The notes under the pieces: generated by a model
What the model saw: only the letters and a program-made list of their open reading frames with translations
The model's database searches: none
What the model was told of the DNA's origin: nothing
Position numbers and translations under genes: made by a program
Assembly (NCBI RefSeq): GCF_017876815.1
Contig: NZ_JAGIOS010000004.1
Location: forward strand, 120,001 to 152,000
DNA: 32,000 bases
From: Sinorhizobium meliloti
GTDB taxonomy: Bacteria > Pseudomonadota > Alphaproteobacteria > Rhizobiales > Rhizobiaceae
Direction of reading: 5' to 3'
In this document: positions 1 through 13,754 of the stretch, piece by piece
Numbering within the stretch: the first letter of the stretch is position 1
How the letters are laid out: each line of letters begins with the position of its first letter

Positions 1-219
1 GTCAAGCTCATGAACGAGATTGAGAACGTCGCGGGTGGAGCGGCCAAGCCGATCAAGCCGCAGCACCACCAGCTCGTCGCCCGCATGCAGAAACTGCATG
101 ATGGTTTCCAACTCGGACCGGCCCTTTCGGGACAACGGGCCGGACATAAATCCCTTCGAGGAATAGAACGGGCGAGCTCTGCATCCATTCACATAATCAT
201 GTCGCGAACCGGCGTTTAC
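1..219 (-). pseudogene. serine recombinase (resolvase/invertase) fragment, runs off the left edge
   Basis: The minus-strand frame reads NGCRARPFYSSKGFMSGPLSRKGRSELETIMQFLHAGDELVVLRLDRLGRSTRDVLNLVHELD. GD-LVV-x-LDRLGRS is the resolvase catalytic-domain signature. An in-frame TAG at 220-222 removes the expected N-terminal YARVST serine region. Confidence 0.6.
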
Positions 220-472
220 CTAGTCAATCCCACAAGCGATGTTCGCACAACGTTCTTCGAGTTGGCCAAAATCAGCTTCGGGCCGACTGGGCCCATTAGC
301 ATGGACAAAGTGACGGGGCGTGAAGCGCTTGTGAGTTAGTTCTTTGTCAGGCTGCTATTCAGCGAATGGCCTCGAACCATGGGCTTGCGGAATATGGTCT
401 ACCTGCTCGACCCAAGGTAGCCAGCAGAATTGTCATTCGCCCGAAGACTATCTGATGCATGCGCCAACGAAC

Positions 473-1060
473 CTATATGTTCCGATCGATGAGAAGGCCT
501 GCGAGCAGGTCGATCTGTTGCTGCTGCTTTTCAACCAGCGATTTTAGTTCAATGTCACGCATCTGATCCAGCTTGTCATGCAGCGCCATGATCTCAATTT
601 CCGCCTTCAGATTGACCTCATAATCGTGTGCCGCATCGACCCTGTCTTTGACCGAGTGCCTATTCTGGCTCATCATGATCACGGGTGCCTGAACGGCAGC
701 CAGCATCGATAGAATGAGATTGAGAAAGATGAAGGGATAAGGATCGAAGGCGGGGGTAGTTGCAAGTAGATTCACACCGACCCAGAGCGCGAGTGCCAGC
801 GCGAAGATCATGATGAAGGTCCACGAGCCGCCGAACTCGGCCACTTTGTCCGCCAAACGCTGCCCGGACGTCAGCTTCTCATCAAAAGAGCGATTCGAGT
901 CCCGCGTTATCGCGCGCCGGGCGACGTGGCGCCGAAAAACTGCGCGTTCCCGATCGGTAAGCAACTCGACCGGCCTTCCCAGATAGCGGCTCGCACTGTC
1001 GGCAATCTCTTGCGGTTCGTCGATGTTGTCTTCTGTTTCCATGGACATAGCTTCCTCCAT
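473..1060 (-). CDS. DUF1003 domain membrane protein
   Basis: 195-aa ORF containing GGSWTFI...FDPYPFIFLNLILSMLAAVQAPVIMMSQNRHSVKDR...DYEVNLKAEIEI, the conserved DUF1003 core. Two hydrophobic segments. Confidence 0.85.
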   Translation of the reverse strand: MEEAMSMETEDNIDEPQEIADSASRYLGRPVELLTDRERAVFRRHVARRAITRDSNRSFDEKLTSGQRLADKVAEFGGSWTFIMIFALALALWVGVNLLATTPAFDPYPFIFLNLILSMLAAVQAPVIMMSQNRHSVKDRVDAAHDYEVNLKAEIEIMALHDKLDQMRDIELKSLVEKQQQQIDLLAGLLIDRNI

Positions 1061-1537
1061 GCCGTCGTCTTAGGCGCACCACCAATTGCAGCCTAAATCG
1101 CCTGTTCCGCAACGGCGCAACAGTCGCACGCAAAACGATCACTCCAATGCTTGAACCATTACTCCACCAGCCTTTTGCGTCAGGTTGGCGATGATCCGCG
1201 CAAGGAAGGAAGATCTGAGCCTGGTTCAAAAGGGCTCAGATCAGCACGGTAAAATTGGAATTTTACTCCGCTTTTCAACCGGGTAATCCGGACTCAGTGA
1301 GGTTTACCCGAATGAGCTGCGCTGATGCGATCGAGAGGCGGTGGCGATTTGACAATTTGAACATTATCCCGCCGGCGTTTATCTCGAGGTGAATACGGCA
1401 GCCGCAGGAACAGATTCTCGAAACGCTGGGCGATCGATGTCTTGCTGCTGCTCTGCAAGGCCACTGGAATTCTCCCTGTCGGTTGCTGTTGGGCTCCGCC
1501 GCCCGGCCGTGCTGACCGAACGGTTCAGGGACTGTTC

Positions 1538-3220
<1,683 letters not shown>

Positions 3221-3393
3221 TCAGGCAGCTTTCTTGGCCGCGACGGTCTTTTCGACGCTGCCCGTGATGTCGGCCTCGTTCATGATCAGTTCCTCGCCGT
3301 CGATCTTGACATAGGTGCCGGAACATTGCCGAACAGGATCGTATCACCAACGTCGAGCGGAATCAGCTTGCCGCCTTCATTTAACTTATCGAA
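3221..3393 (-). pseudogene. groES: groES remnant (C-terminal ~55 codons, frameshifted)
   Basis: The minus strand reads DKLNEGGKLIPLDVGDTILFG. A 1-nt gap in ttcggcaa-tgttccggc (about 3320-3333) follows, then SGTYVKIDGEELIMNEADITGSVEKTVAAKKAA and a stop at 3221-3223. The N-terminal ~40 codons are absent. Confidence 0.8.
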
Positions 3394-3395
3394 GG

Positions 3396-6776
<3,381 letters not shown>

Positions 6777-6867
6777 ATTGCCGTCGTCACTTCCCTGCGG
6801 AAATTGGCTTATGATGAACTATCGACTTTGAAATGAGATTTGCGCTTTTCTGATAACAGATGCACCG

Positions 6868-7917
6868 CTAAAGCCCTGCCGCTTTGGTGAGGTTGATCCT
6901 AAACCGGTCTCGCCGACGTTGGTACCTTCTTGTCATTTCCGCCGACGCGTGGCCAAGCTGCTTTTGCACATAACGTTCATCCACCTCAGCAGAGGAGGCG
7001 AGACCGGCGCGCAACGAGTGACCTGAAAATTTCAAAACACGCTCCTCCTCACTGAGATCACCACGAACACCGGCAGTCATTGCGACGCGCTTCACCAGAC
7101 GTGCAATTTCCTTATCGTTCAGCCGCTCTGCGCCGACCAACTTGCCCTGTCCGGTGACGCGGCGGAAGAGGGGGCCGTGGGCAAGCTTGGCGAACTTGAT
7201 CCATGTCTCGATCGCAACGATCGGGCAGGTGGCATCGGACGAACCGCGACCGATCTCGACCTCGCGCCAGCCGGTCTTGCCGCGAAGCGTCACCAGCATG
7301 CCCTTGTCGAAAATCTCGACCCAGCCGCGGCCATCCTCGGTCTGATCCGCCTTGACATCGAGACCGACGATCTCGGAGCGCCGCAGCCCGCCGGCATACC
7401 CGATCAGCAGCATGGCGCGATCGCGCATGCCGCGCAGACTACCGCGATCGAGGGTCTCCAGCATGGCGATGATGTCGGCCGCCAGTACCGCTTCCTTCTG
7501 CACCGGCGGGCGGGCGTGGCTGTTGCGGATGCCGGCCATGACCGTTGCAATATGCCGATCCTTGCGATCAAGGCTCAGACCTCGCTGGGCATAGTTCCAG
7601 GAGAGTGACGACAAGCGCCGCTCGATCGTCGAAACGGAATTCGCCTTGCTCCCGCGTTCAGCGGCACCGGAAGCGCAAGCGGTGATGTAGAGGCCGACGA
7701 TCTGCGGATGTGAGGGGAGAGGGGACAGGTTGGAGCGTCGGCACCAAGCGGAGAAGTGTTTCCAGTCGGAGGCATAGGCTTTGCGTGTGTTGGCCGAGCT
7801 CGCAGCCTCGACATAGCCGCGGGCTCGGTCGGTCAGATCCTGTAGATGCCCCGGCAGGGGAGAGGAGGGGGTGGTCTGTGGAAGACCTTCATCGACAATA
7901 GTTTCTTCGGCCATCAT
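6868..7917 (-). CDS. tyrosine-type site-specific recombinase/integrase
   Basis: About 349-aa ORF. N-terminal SAM-like core-binding region NTRKAYASDWKHFSAWC. C-terminal GLRRSE...HSLRAG...LGHASAEMTRRY gives the R..H-x-x-R..H..Y catalytic pattern. The ATG at 7917-7915 overlaps the vapC stop as TGATG; the ORF track starts at a GTG at 7920. Confidence 0.9.
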   Translation of the reverse strand: MMAEETIVDEGLPQTTPSSPLPGHLQDLTDRARGYVEAASSANTRKAYASDWKHFSAWCRRSNLSPLPSHPQIVGLYITACASGAAERGSKANSVSTIERRLSSLSWNYAQRGLSLDRKDRHIATVMAGIRNSHARPPVQKEAVLAADIIAMLETLDRGSLRGMRDRAMLLIGYAGGLRRSEIVGLDVKADQTEDGRGWVEIFDKGMLVTLRGKTGWREVEIGRGSSDATCPIVAIETWIKFAKLAHGPLFRRVTGQGKLVGAERLNDKEIARLVKRVAMTAGVRGDLSEEERVLKFSGHSLRAGLASSAEVDERYVQKQLGHASAEMTRRYQRRRDRFRINLTKAAGL

Positions 7918-8303
7918 CACGCCGCCTCGATATCGGTTTGCAAAAAGTCCTTGCCGATGAAGAGAAGCGGTTCGTCCGCACGCTTTGCCAAAGCGTAGGA
8001 AAAGCAGTCGGCAAAATTCAAAGCCGCCGGATGGCGGCCCTTGCCGTAGATCAGCCAGGCCTGCGTCGCCAAATCGACCAGATCAGAATCGACAGAGATG
8101 ATGTCAGCCTCGATTTTGCTAAGCCAAAGATCGATTTCGGCCAGTGCGTGTTCTCCGCGCCGGCTGACCAGCACCATGCGCGCCTCGAGCACACACGTCG
8201 CAGGGACAAGCCGAACTGGGTTGGCGACGAGCGCCCTTTCGAGCTTGGCCGCTTCCGGCTCGTTACGCAGAATCGCCACGATGGCGGAGGTATCGATCAC
8301 CAT
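7917..8303 (-). CDS. vapC: type II toxin VapC (PIN-domain ribonuclease)
   Basis: 128-aa ORF starting MVIDTSAIVAIL, with PIN acidic residues (D4, E..., D...FADCFSYALA). It lies directly downstream of and overlapping an antitoxin-like gene. Confidence 0.9.
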   Translation of the reverse strand: MVIDTSAIVAILRNEPEAAKLERALVANPVRLVPATCVLEARMVLVSRRGEHALAEIDLWLSKIEADIISVDSDLVDLATQAWLIYGKGRHPAALNFADCFSYALAKRADEPLLFIGKDFLQTDIEAA

Positions 8304-8560
8304 CAGTTCGGAATTCCATGCTCGTCATATCCGATGATCTCCTCGTCACTGCGACTGTCCAATTCCGGAAGACGTGCTATCCTTTGCCGGATAGCGCGTA
8401 ATTCGCCGAGCAGACGATCCTGGGAGACCTCCCCGTGACCCATACGGTGGAGACGTTCGCTTAGGGCCTGATGGATGGCTGCCGTCTTGCTGATTCCTTG
8501 GCGGCGCGCCAGTTCGTCAGCGAGCGCTACAGTGGCTGGATTTTTGATGTTCAGCGACAC
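8303..8560 (-). CDS. vapB: type II antitoxin VapB (Rv0623/PSK-like family)
   Basis: 85-aa ORF starting MSLNIKNPATVALADELARRQGISKTAAIHQAL. Its stop overlaps the vapC start as TGATG (8305-8301). Confidence 0.85.
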   Translation of the reverse strand: MSLNIKNPATVALADELARRQGISKTAAIHQALSERLHRMGHGEVSQDRLLGELRAIRQRIARLPELDSRSDEEIIGYDEHGIPN

Positions 8561-8571
8561 GACAAACTCCC

Positions 8572-8649
8572 AAAATCTACCTTTTCAACGAAATCTACCA
8601 AACTCAGTTGCTCGTGTCAATTACGTCCGATAAGGCAAGATTATCGGAC
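8572..8649. promoter_or_regulatory. candidate operator region between divergent vapB and DUF1403 genes
   Basis: Direct repeat AAATCTACC at 8572-8580 and 8591-8599, just upstream of the vapB start. Perfect 9-bp inverted repeat GTCCGATAA-N7-TTATCGGAC at 8625-8649. Confidence 0.3.
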
Positions 8650-8701
8650 ATCATATGGGATCGACAAGCTGTGCGGTTTCCGTCGAATTTAATGGCAATA
8701 A

Positions 8702-9064
8702 GTGCACAGGCGTCGTAAGCTGAACCCCATGGATTCGCGCCCGCTTCAGCCTCCGTCGCCGTCCCTTTCATCCGCGCAGCTGCCGGCCTGGGCGCTGCCC
8801 CGCGGCCGTGAGCCGAGCGAGCCGGACGCCGCCTTCGCAGCTGGCATCGCCCTGAAATCGCTCGATGATCTCGTCAAAGCCGAACCATGCTGGGCCGGCT
8901 GCTGGCGCGCGCGACAGGCGCTGAAATGTGCCGCCGTGGCGGTGCGGTTGATGCGGCGCACTGAGGACGAACACGCGTTGCGTGATGCGCTTTTGCTCAC
9001 TGCCGCCGGCGACGATCCGGGACCGGCCGGAAAGGTGTTTCTGGCCTACAAAAGGCTTGTCAGC
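8702..9064 (+). pseudogene. DUF1403 family gene, 3'-truncated by IS insertion
   Basis: DAAFAAGIALKSLDDLVKAEPCWAGCWRARQALKCAAVAVRLMRRTEDEHALRDALLLTAAGDDPGPAGKVFLAYKRL matches the N-terminal third of ~320-aa DUF1403 proteins of Rhizobium/Agrobacterium. The reading frame runs into the IS inverted repeat at 9065. The likely start is the MDSRP codon at 8729. Confidence 0.65.
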
Positions 9065-10181
9065 GGCGTTGGTGCATGGATCGGGACTTGAGCGGATCTG
9101 GATCTGTGATGGGGCTATCTATGTGTTCGGTCCATTGCGGCGGATGGATTTAGGGCGTGCGCATGCAAGCATACGATTGAGGGCGGCGCAGCCGATGGCC
9201 ACTTCCGTCTGCTGAGCGTGAAACGACCGAGCCCGCAGACGCCGCCCGATGATGGACTTGTATCGGCCGATGGCAGTCTCGACCAGCGAGCGCTTGCCGT
9301 AGCCGGTGGAGACCTGCCATTTCATTCGCCCGTCTCTGCTGATTGCAGCGATATGCTGATCCCTTTGTCCGGGAGATTGATCGCCGCCTGGTTCGATCGC
9401 GTTGGCGCGCGGGGGAATGACGATGACGGCAGCCGCACTGTGGTCGGTGACCGCGTCGTAGGTGGGCTTCCCGTCATAGGCGCCGTCGGCTGTGAACTGC
9501 CCGATCCGACCATCGATCTGGTTGAGCAACGGCTCCACCTGCGATGCGTCGCCCGCGTCCTGGTCGGTCATCGTATGGGCAATGATCTCGCTGCTATCGG
9601 CATCCAGCGCCACATGCAGCTTTCGCCAACCACGGCGGGATCTGGCGCCATGCTTCTCCTCCAACCCTTGGCCCGCGCCGTAGACCTGCAGTCCAGTGCT
9701 GTCGACAAGAATATGCACTGGCCCGTCCGGTCGACCCTGGAGGTCATGCGCCTTGTTGGGCGATTGCCATGTTCGCGCCCGACGGCTCAGGGTGGTGTGA
9801 TCGGGGACAGCGAGCGCCAAGCCCATCAAGGGAAGCACCGATCCTAATAATCCTTCGACCTGACGCAGCCGCAAGCCGAACACCAGGCCCAGCGTCAAGG
9901 CGGTCTCGATGGCTAGATCGGAATAACGAGGCTGGCCACCACGCGTCGTTCGGCGTGGAGCAAGCCACATGGCAAGCGCCTCCGGTGTCAGCCACAGGGT
10001 CAAGCTGCCACGTCGCCGTAACCCCGCCTCATATTCCGGCCAGTTCGTCACCTTGAATTTCATCCTGCCGATGCGATGGCGGCGGGCGGCGTTATGTTTG
10101 AAAGGCATCAAGGTCACAGATCGGTTATTGAGGTTGCCGATCGCCTACACCACGACCGCTAAACGATCCATGCACCAACGC
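9065..10181 (-). mobile_element. IS5-family element (IS903-like group), copy A
   Basis: Perfect 18-bp terminal inverted repeats GCGTTGGTGCATGGATCG at 9066-9083 and 10164-10181 enclose a single transposase gene. No matching 9-bp direct repeats flank it (TTGTCAGCG versus GCTTCAACG). Confidence 0.8.
9119..10117 (-). CDS. IS5-family DDE transposase
   Basis: 332-aa ORF containing KFKVTNWPEYEAGLRRRGSLTLWLTPEAL...GGQPRYSDLAIETALTLGLVF...DSTGLQVYG...ADGAYD. GTG start; an ATG alternative (MPFKH) lies at 10108. Confidence 0.9.
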   Translation of the reverse strand: MTLMPFKHNAARRHRIGRMKFKVTNWPEYEAGLRRRGSLTLWLTPEALAMWLAPRRTTRGGQPRYSDLAIETALTLGLVFGLRLRQVEGLLGSVLPLMGLALAVPDHTTLSRRARTWQSPNKAHDLQGRPDGPVHILVDSTGLQVYGAGQGLEEKHGARSRRGWRKLHVALDADSSEIIAHTMTDQDAGDASQVEPLLNQIDGRIGQFTADGAYDGKPTYDAVTDHSAAAVIVIPPRANAIEPGGDQSPGQRDQHIAAISRDGRMKWQVSTGYGKRSLVETAIGRYKSIIGRRLRARSFHAQQTEVAIGCAALNRMLACARPKSIRRNGPNT

Positions 10182-10341
10182 GCTTCAACGCGCGAGTCGC
10201 CCACTCTGCGAATATGACGTCGCCGGACAGGGCCGCACCAATGACGTGGCCCATCTCAATTGCCAGCTGAGCGCAGCGGATAGCGAGCGTACCACTTCCA
10301 ACAACGACACTGGAGGAGATCGATCGCGCTGCAGGATCCAT
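10182..10341 (-). pseudogene. N-terminal fragment of an unidentified gene, cut by IS copy A
   Basis: MDPAARSISSSVVVGSGTLAIRCAQLAIEMGHVIGAALSGDVIFAEWA resembles a Rossmann-like or formyltransferase-like N-terminus. The frame terminates inside the IS inverted repeat. Confidence 0.3.
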
Positions 10342-10526
10342 GCCCTGACCGCCTGGTTGGCAGGCATATCAGACTTCTCCGACGCGCGGGAGTGTGTCAT
10401 ACTTGCCGCCCGATGGTTTTATATCGCTACGGCATCTTATTCCGTCAGGACGGCATAGAGTCGTTCTTCAGGATCGTCAACAGTCAATAAGCTGCCGCGC
10501 CGACAAATTTACCGGCTCCATCGGAC

Positions 10527-11648
10527 GGCGTTGTTGCGTGGATCACCCGTGGACTGATATTGAGCGGTTGTTTTCAGTCTCAAGTTATCAGTCTCCTGAT
10601 CGGGATTTCGACGATGCCGCACACGTTCAATGCCGATCGGCGGGACAAGATTGCCAAGCAGAAATATCAGGTGACGAATTGGCCGGCATATAATGAAAGC
10701 CTACGTCAACGTGGTGATTTGACCATCTGGGTGAAGGATGAGGCGCTGTCTTTATGGACGGCGCGGAGGCGGACATCGCGGGGTGGTCAGCCGAAATACT
10801 CGGATCTGGCGATTACGTTGTGCTTGACCCTGCGCGTCGTCTACGGGCTGGCGCTACGCCAGACCCAAGGCTTGATGCGCAGTGTCGCGGCGCTGATGGG
10901 GTTCGATATTGCCGTGCCTGACTTCTCCACCCTGTCTCGCCGGAGCAAAGGGCTGGCGTTGCCGTCGACAAAGTCCCGAGCCACAACATCAGGTCCGGTC
11001 CATCTGGTTGTCGACAGCACCGGCTTGAAGGTCTTCGGCGAGGGCGAGTGGCTGGAAAACAAGCACAAAACCAAGGCCAAACGCAAAAGATGGCGCAAAC
11101 TGCACCTTGGTCTCAATCTTGTCAGTGGTGAGATTGTTTGTTCCGATCTGACCGTGGATGATGTCGGCGATCCGACAGCGTTACCAGGACTTCTGGACCA
11201 GATCGGTGGCGCCGTCGAGAAGTTCATTGCCGACGGCGCCTATGATGGAACGCCAACCCGAGATCTTCTGGCGACACGCTTTGGTGAGATCGTGGAGGTC
11301 ATTATCCCACATCCCAAGACTGCCGTTGCCAGCCCTCAATCGGTGCTGGTTCCATCTGTCCGCGATCGCCATATTGCAGAAATCCAGACCAAAGGGCGGA
11401 TGGCATGGCAGAAATCCACCGGCTACAACAAGCGCAGTCGCGCTGAGACCCAGATGGGTCGATGGAAGGCTGTGATCGGGCCCAAACTCAAAGCACGACA
11501 GTTTGACAATCAGAAGACTGAAGCGAAGATTGGCGTCCGTGTTCTTAACCGGATGACAGAACTTGGCCGGCCCAAGTTCGAGCGCGTTGCATGAAAAATG
11601 CAGTGGATAGGGTTGCCTCGTCCAAAGTCTGATCCATGCAACAGTGTT
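10527..11648 (+). mobile_element. IS5-family element (IS903-like group), copy B, inverted relative to copy A
   Basis: Imperfect terminal repeats GGCGTTGTTGCGTGGATCA (10527-10545) and TGATCCATGCAACAGTGTT (11630-11648), about 14/19 matching and related to the copy A repeats. No flanking direct repeat found. Confidence 0.6.
10614..11594 (+). CDS. IS5-family DDE transposase (paralogue of copy A)
   Basis: MPHTFNADRRDKIAKQKYQVTNWPAYNESLRQRGDLTIWVKDEAL...GGQPKYSDLAITLCLTL...DSTGLKVFGEGEW...ADGAYDG. The ATG at 10614 is preferred over the ORF-track start at 10560. Confidence 0.9.
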   Translation: MPHTFNADRRDKIAKQKYQVTNWPAYNESLRQRGDLTIWVKDEALSLWTARRRTSRGGQPKYSDLAITLCLTLRVVYGLALRQTQGLMRSVAALMGFDIAVPDFSTLSRRSKGLALPSTKSRATTSGPVHLVVDSTGLKVFGEGEWLENKHKTKAKRKRWRKLHLGLNLVSGEIVCSDLTVDDVGDPTALPGLLDQIGGAVEKFIADGAYDGTPTRDLLATRFGEIVEVIIPHPKTAVASPQSVLVPSVRDRHIAEIQTKGRMAWQKSTGYNKRSRAETQMGRWKAVIGPKLKARQFDNQKTEAKIGVRVLNRMTELGRPKFERVA

Positions 11649-11678
11649 CCTCACAGGTGAATATCTAGGAGCAAGCAA

Positions 11679-13529
11679 ATGCTAGAAGCTGCACGAAACC
11701 GCGTCATCCATACCCTTCATGCTCATCCCTGGACAAAAATGTCTCATAAAATGGAATGCTCCGCCGCCTGGCGGTTTCTCGCGACGGTCGCCCTCGCAAG
11801 CTTCGCATCGTCGGCCTTTGCGGACACCTCGTCCGTGCCCTGGCCACAAACGCAAAGCGACATCCAAGCCGAGTCCGAGGTACATTTTGGCACGCTCGCC
11901 AACGGTATGCGGTTTGCGATTATGCGCAATGCCACGCCTCCCGGACAGGCAGCGATCCGCTTTCGCATTGGCGCCGGTTCGCTCGACGAAAACGACAACC
12001 AGCAGGGGCTGGCGCATGTACTCGAGCACATGGCCTTCAAGGGTTCGACGCATGTCGCCGAAGGGGACATTATCCGTATCCTGCAGCGCAAGGGCTTGGC
12101 CTTTGGGCCGGACATCAACGCCTCTACCTCTTATGACGAGACCGTCTATACGCTCGATTTGCCCGAGGTCGATGCTGACACAATTTCGACGGGCCTGATG
12201 CTGATGCGCGAGACGGCGAGCGAGCTGACCCTCGATGCCAGCGCCTTTGATCGCGAACGCGGCGTCATCCTGTCGGAGGAGCGGTTGGGCGACACGCCGC
12301 AGTATCGCGCGTCACTCGGAATCATGAATTCGCTGCTCGCCGGCCAGCGCGCGACCACGCGCGCGCCGATCGGCAAAGCCGACATTATCAGCAATACCCC
12401 CGTGGAGCTTGTCCGTGATTATTACCGGGCCAACTACCGGCCCGATCGGGCAACGCTGATCGTGGTGGGCGATATCGACCCCGCCGCCATGGAAGTCGAA
12501 ATCCGGCAGCGCTTCGGCGATTGGAAGGCCTTGGGTCCGGCGCCGATAAAAGCGGATCTTGGCGCGCTTGTGAAGAAGGGCGAAAGCGCCGAGGTCATCG
12601 TCGTTCCCGACAGCAGGACCAGCATACAGATCGCCTGGACGCGTCCCTATGACGCCGCGCCTGACACCTTCGCCAAGCGCCGCGCTGAGCTTATTGAAAA
12701 TCTCGGTCTCCGGGTGCTCAATCGCCGGGTGAGCACCATCGCCGGCAAGGCGAATGCCCCTTTCATCAATGCCGACGTCCGGACACAGGAGGATCATGAT
12801 CTATTTAGGCAGGCCGCGAATGAAGCCGGGTCATTATCATCTGCCGCGCTTGTATCGGCACAGGCTCCGATTTGGAGTTCGGACGCTCCATACGGAAGCT
12901 TTTCACGCGATGACTACTCTTGGAACAACGACGTATGGGGCCCGCGCCCTGGGCCTCAGACGATTTCGGTGAGTGGAGTCAACCGGTGGAGCGTGTGGTC
13001 GGACCAGCCTAATACTCCTGGCATCAAGAGCTACCCGCACGTGGCTTTCAATATCGGGAAACCGCTCAGTTCAATCAACACTCTGAGCTCGAGCTTCAAT
13101 CAGGAAGTTCCCACTGGCGGCGCCTGGGATGTCGCCTACGATATCTGGGATAGCTCAAACAAGCATGAGATAATGCTCTGGACAAACTACACCGGAAACT
13201 CGGACGGGAGCGGCAACGTTAAGCCCATTTCATATCATTATGCCCCTTCCGGGGCGGCCGTTCCGGTCTACAGCAATGTCAATGTAGGCGGAGCGACTTG
13301 GAACGTGTTTGAAGGTGAAGGGCCCGACGGTCACAAGGTCATCTCACTGCTGCGCACTTCGAAGACCAACAGCGGGACAGTGGACATCAAGAGTATCCTG
13401 CAGTGGATCAAGTCGAAGGGGTACTTTGGCGACATAAAAGTCGGTAGCGTCCAATACGGCGTCGAGATTACCTCGTCCCCGGGGGGAAAGAACTTCAATT
13501 TCAACAACTGGTCTGTGACCTCGAAGTGA
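11679..13529 (+). CDS. hybrid ORF: signal peptide + M16 zinc-peptidase N-terminal unit fused in frame to a GH12 glycoside hydrolase domain
   Basis: N-terminal part: signal-like LATVALASFASSAFA, HxxEH zinc motif HVLEHMAFKGS, M16_C-like region through APFINADV (about nt 12779). C-terminal part from DDYSWNNDVWG (about nt 12909): KSYPHV, AYDIWD, HEIMLWTNY, GGATWNVF, QYGVEI, typical of GH12 including both catalytic Glu contexts. The likely true start is 11739 (MSHK) or 11751. Confidence 0.8.
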   Translation: MLEAARNRVIHTLHAHPWTKMSHKMECSAAWRFLATVALASFASSAFADTSSVPWPQTQSDIQAESEVHFGTLANGMRFAIMRNATPPGQAAIRFRIGAGSLDENDNQQGLAHVLEHMAFKGSTHVAEGDIIRILQRKGLAFGPDINASTSYDETVYTLDLPEVDADTISTGLMLMRETASELTLDASAFDRERGVILSEERLGDTPQYRASLGIMNSLLAGQRATTRAPIGKADIISNTPVELVRDYYRANYRPDRATLIVVGDIDPAAMEVEIRQRFGDWKALGPAPIKADLGALVKKGESAEVIVVPDSRTSIQIAWTRPYDAAPDTFAKRRAELIENLGLRVLNRRVSTIAGKANAPFINADVRTQEDHDLFRQAANEAGSLSSAALVSAQAPIWSSDAPYGSFSRDDYSWNNDVWGPRPGPQTISVSGVNRWSVWSDQPNTPGIKSYPHVAFNIGKPLSSINTLSSSFNQEVPTGGAWDVAYDIWDSSNKHEIMLWTNYTGNSDGSGNVKPISYHYAPSGAAVPVYSNVNVGGATWNVFEGEGPDGHKVISLLRTSKTNSGTVDIKSILQWIKSKGYFGDIKVGSVQYGVEITSSPGGKNFNFNNWSVTSK

Positions 13530-13669
13530 AGATCGGCGCGGGGCGGCGCTAGCACGCTGTTGCTGGGCATGGGCACAGCGCGCGCTTTGGTCGAGGTCCG
13601 GGGGATGTTCATGGTGTCCAGGAGTCTGGTCGTGACAGAAGCTCTAATGTAACAGAAATTCGGGCGACT

Positions 13670-13754
13670 GGGAGGAGGAGTGCCGCTGTTCAAACAGACG
13701 ACGCTTGGGAGGAGGAGTGGGCCGTCTGAATTCGAAGCTCTGCGGGAGGAGGTG
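13670..13754. repeat. three GGGAGGAGG(A)GTG motifs at exact 37-bp spacing
   Basis: GGGAGGAGGAGTG at 13670-13682 and 13707-13719; GGGAGGAGGTG at 13744-13754. GAAGCTCT also recurs at 13639 and 13733. The period is not a multiple of 3. Confidence 0.7.

Noticed and set aside
1212-1242. Perfect 10-bp hairpin GATCTGAGCC-N11-GGCTCAGATC between groEL and the DUF1003 gene
   Set aside because: There is no adjacent U-tract on either strand and it lies about 300 bp from the groEL stop. It could be a REP/RIME-like element or a weak terminator, but I cannot support either.
9066-10181. Two convergent flanking ORFs both end with the peptide GAWI (KRLVSGVGAWIGT and ALKRVGAWIV), which looked like a duplicated gene end
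   Set aside because: Both frames simply read into the identical 18-bp terminal inverted repeats of the IS, so the shared peptide is an artefact of the IR.
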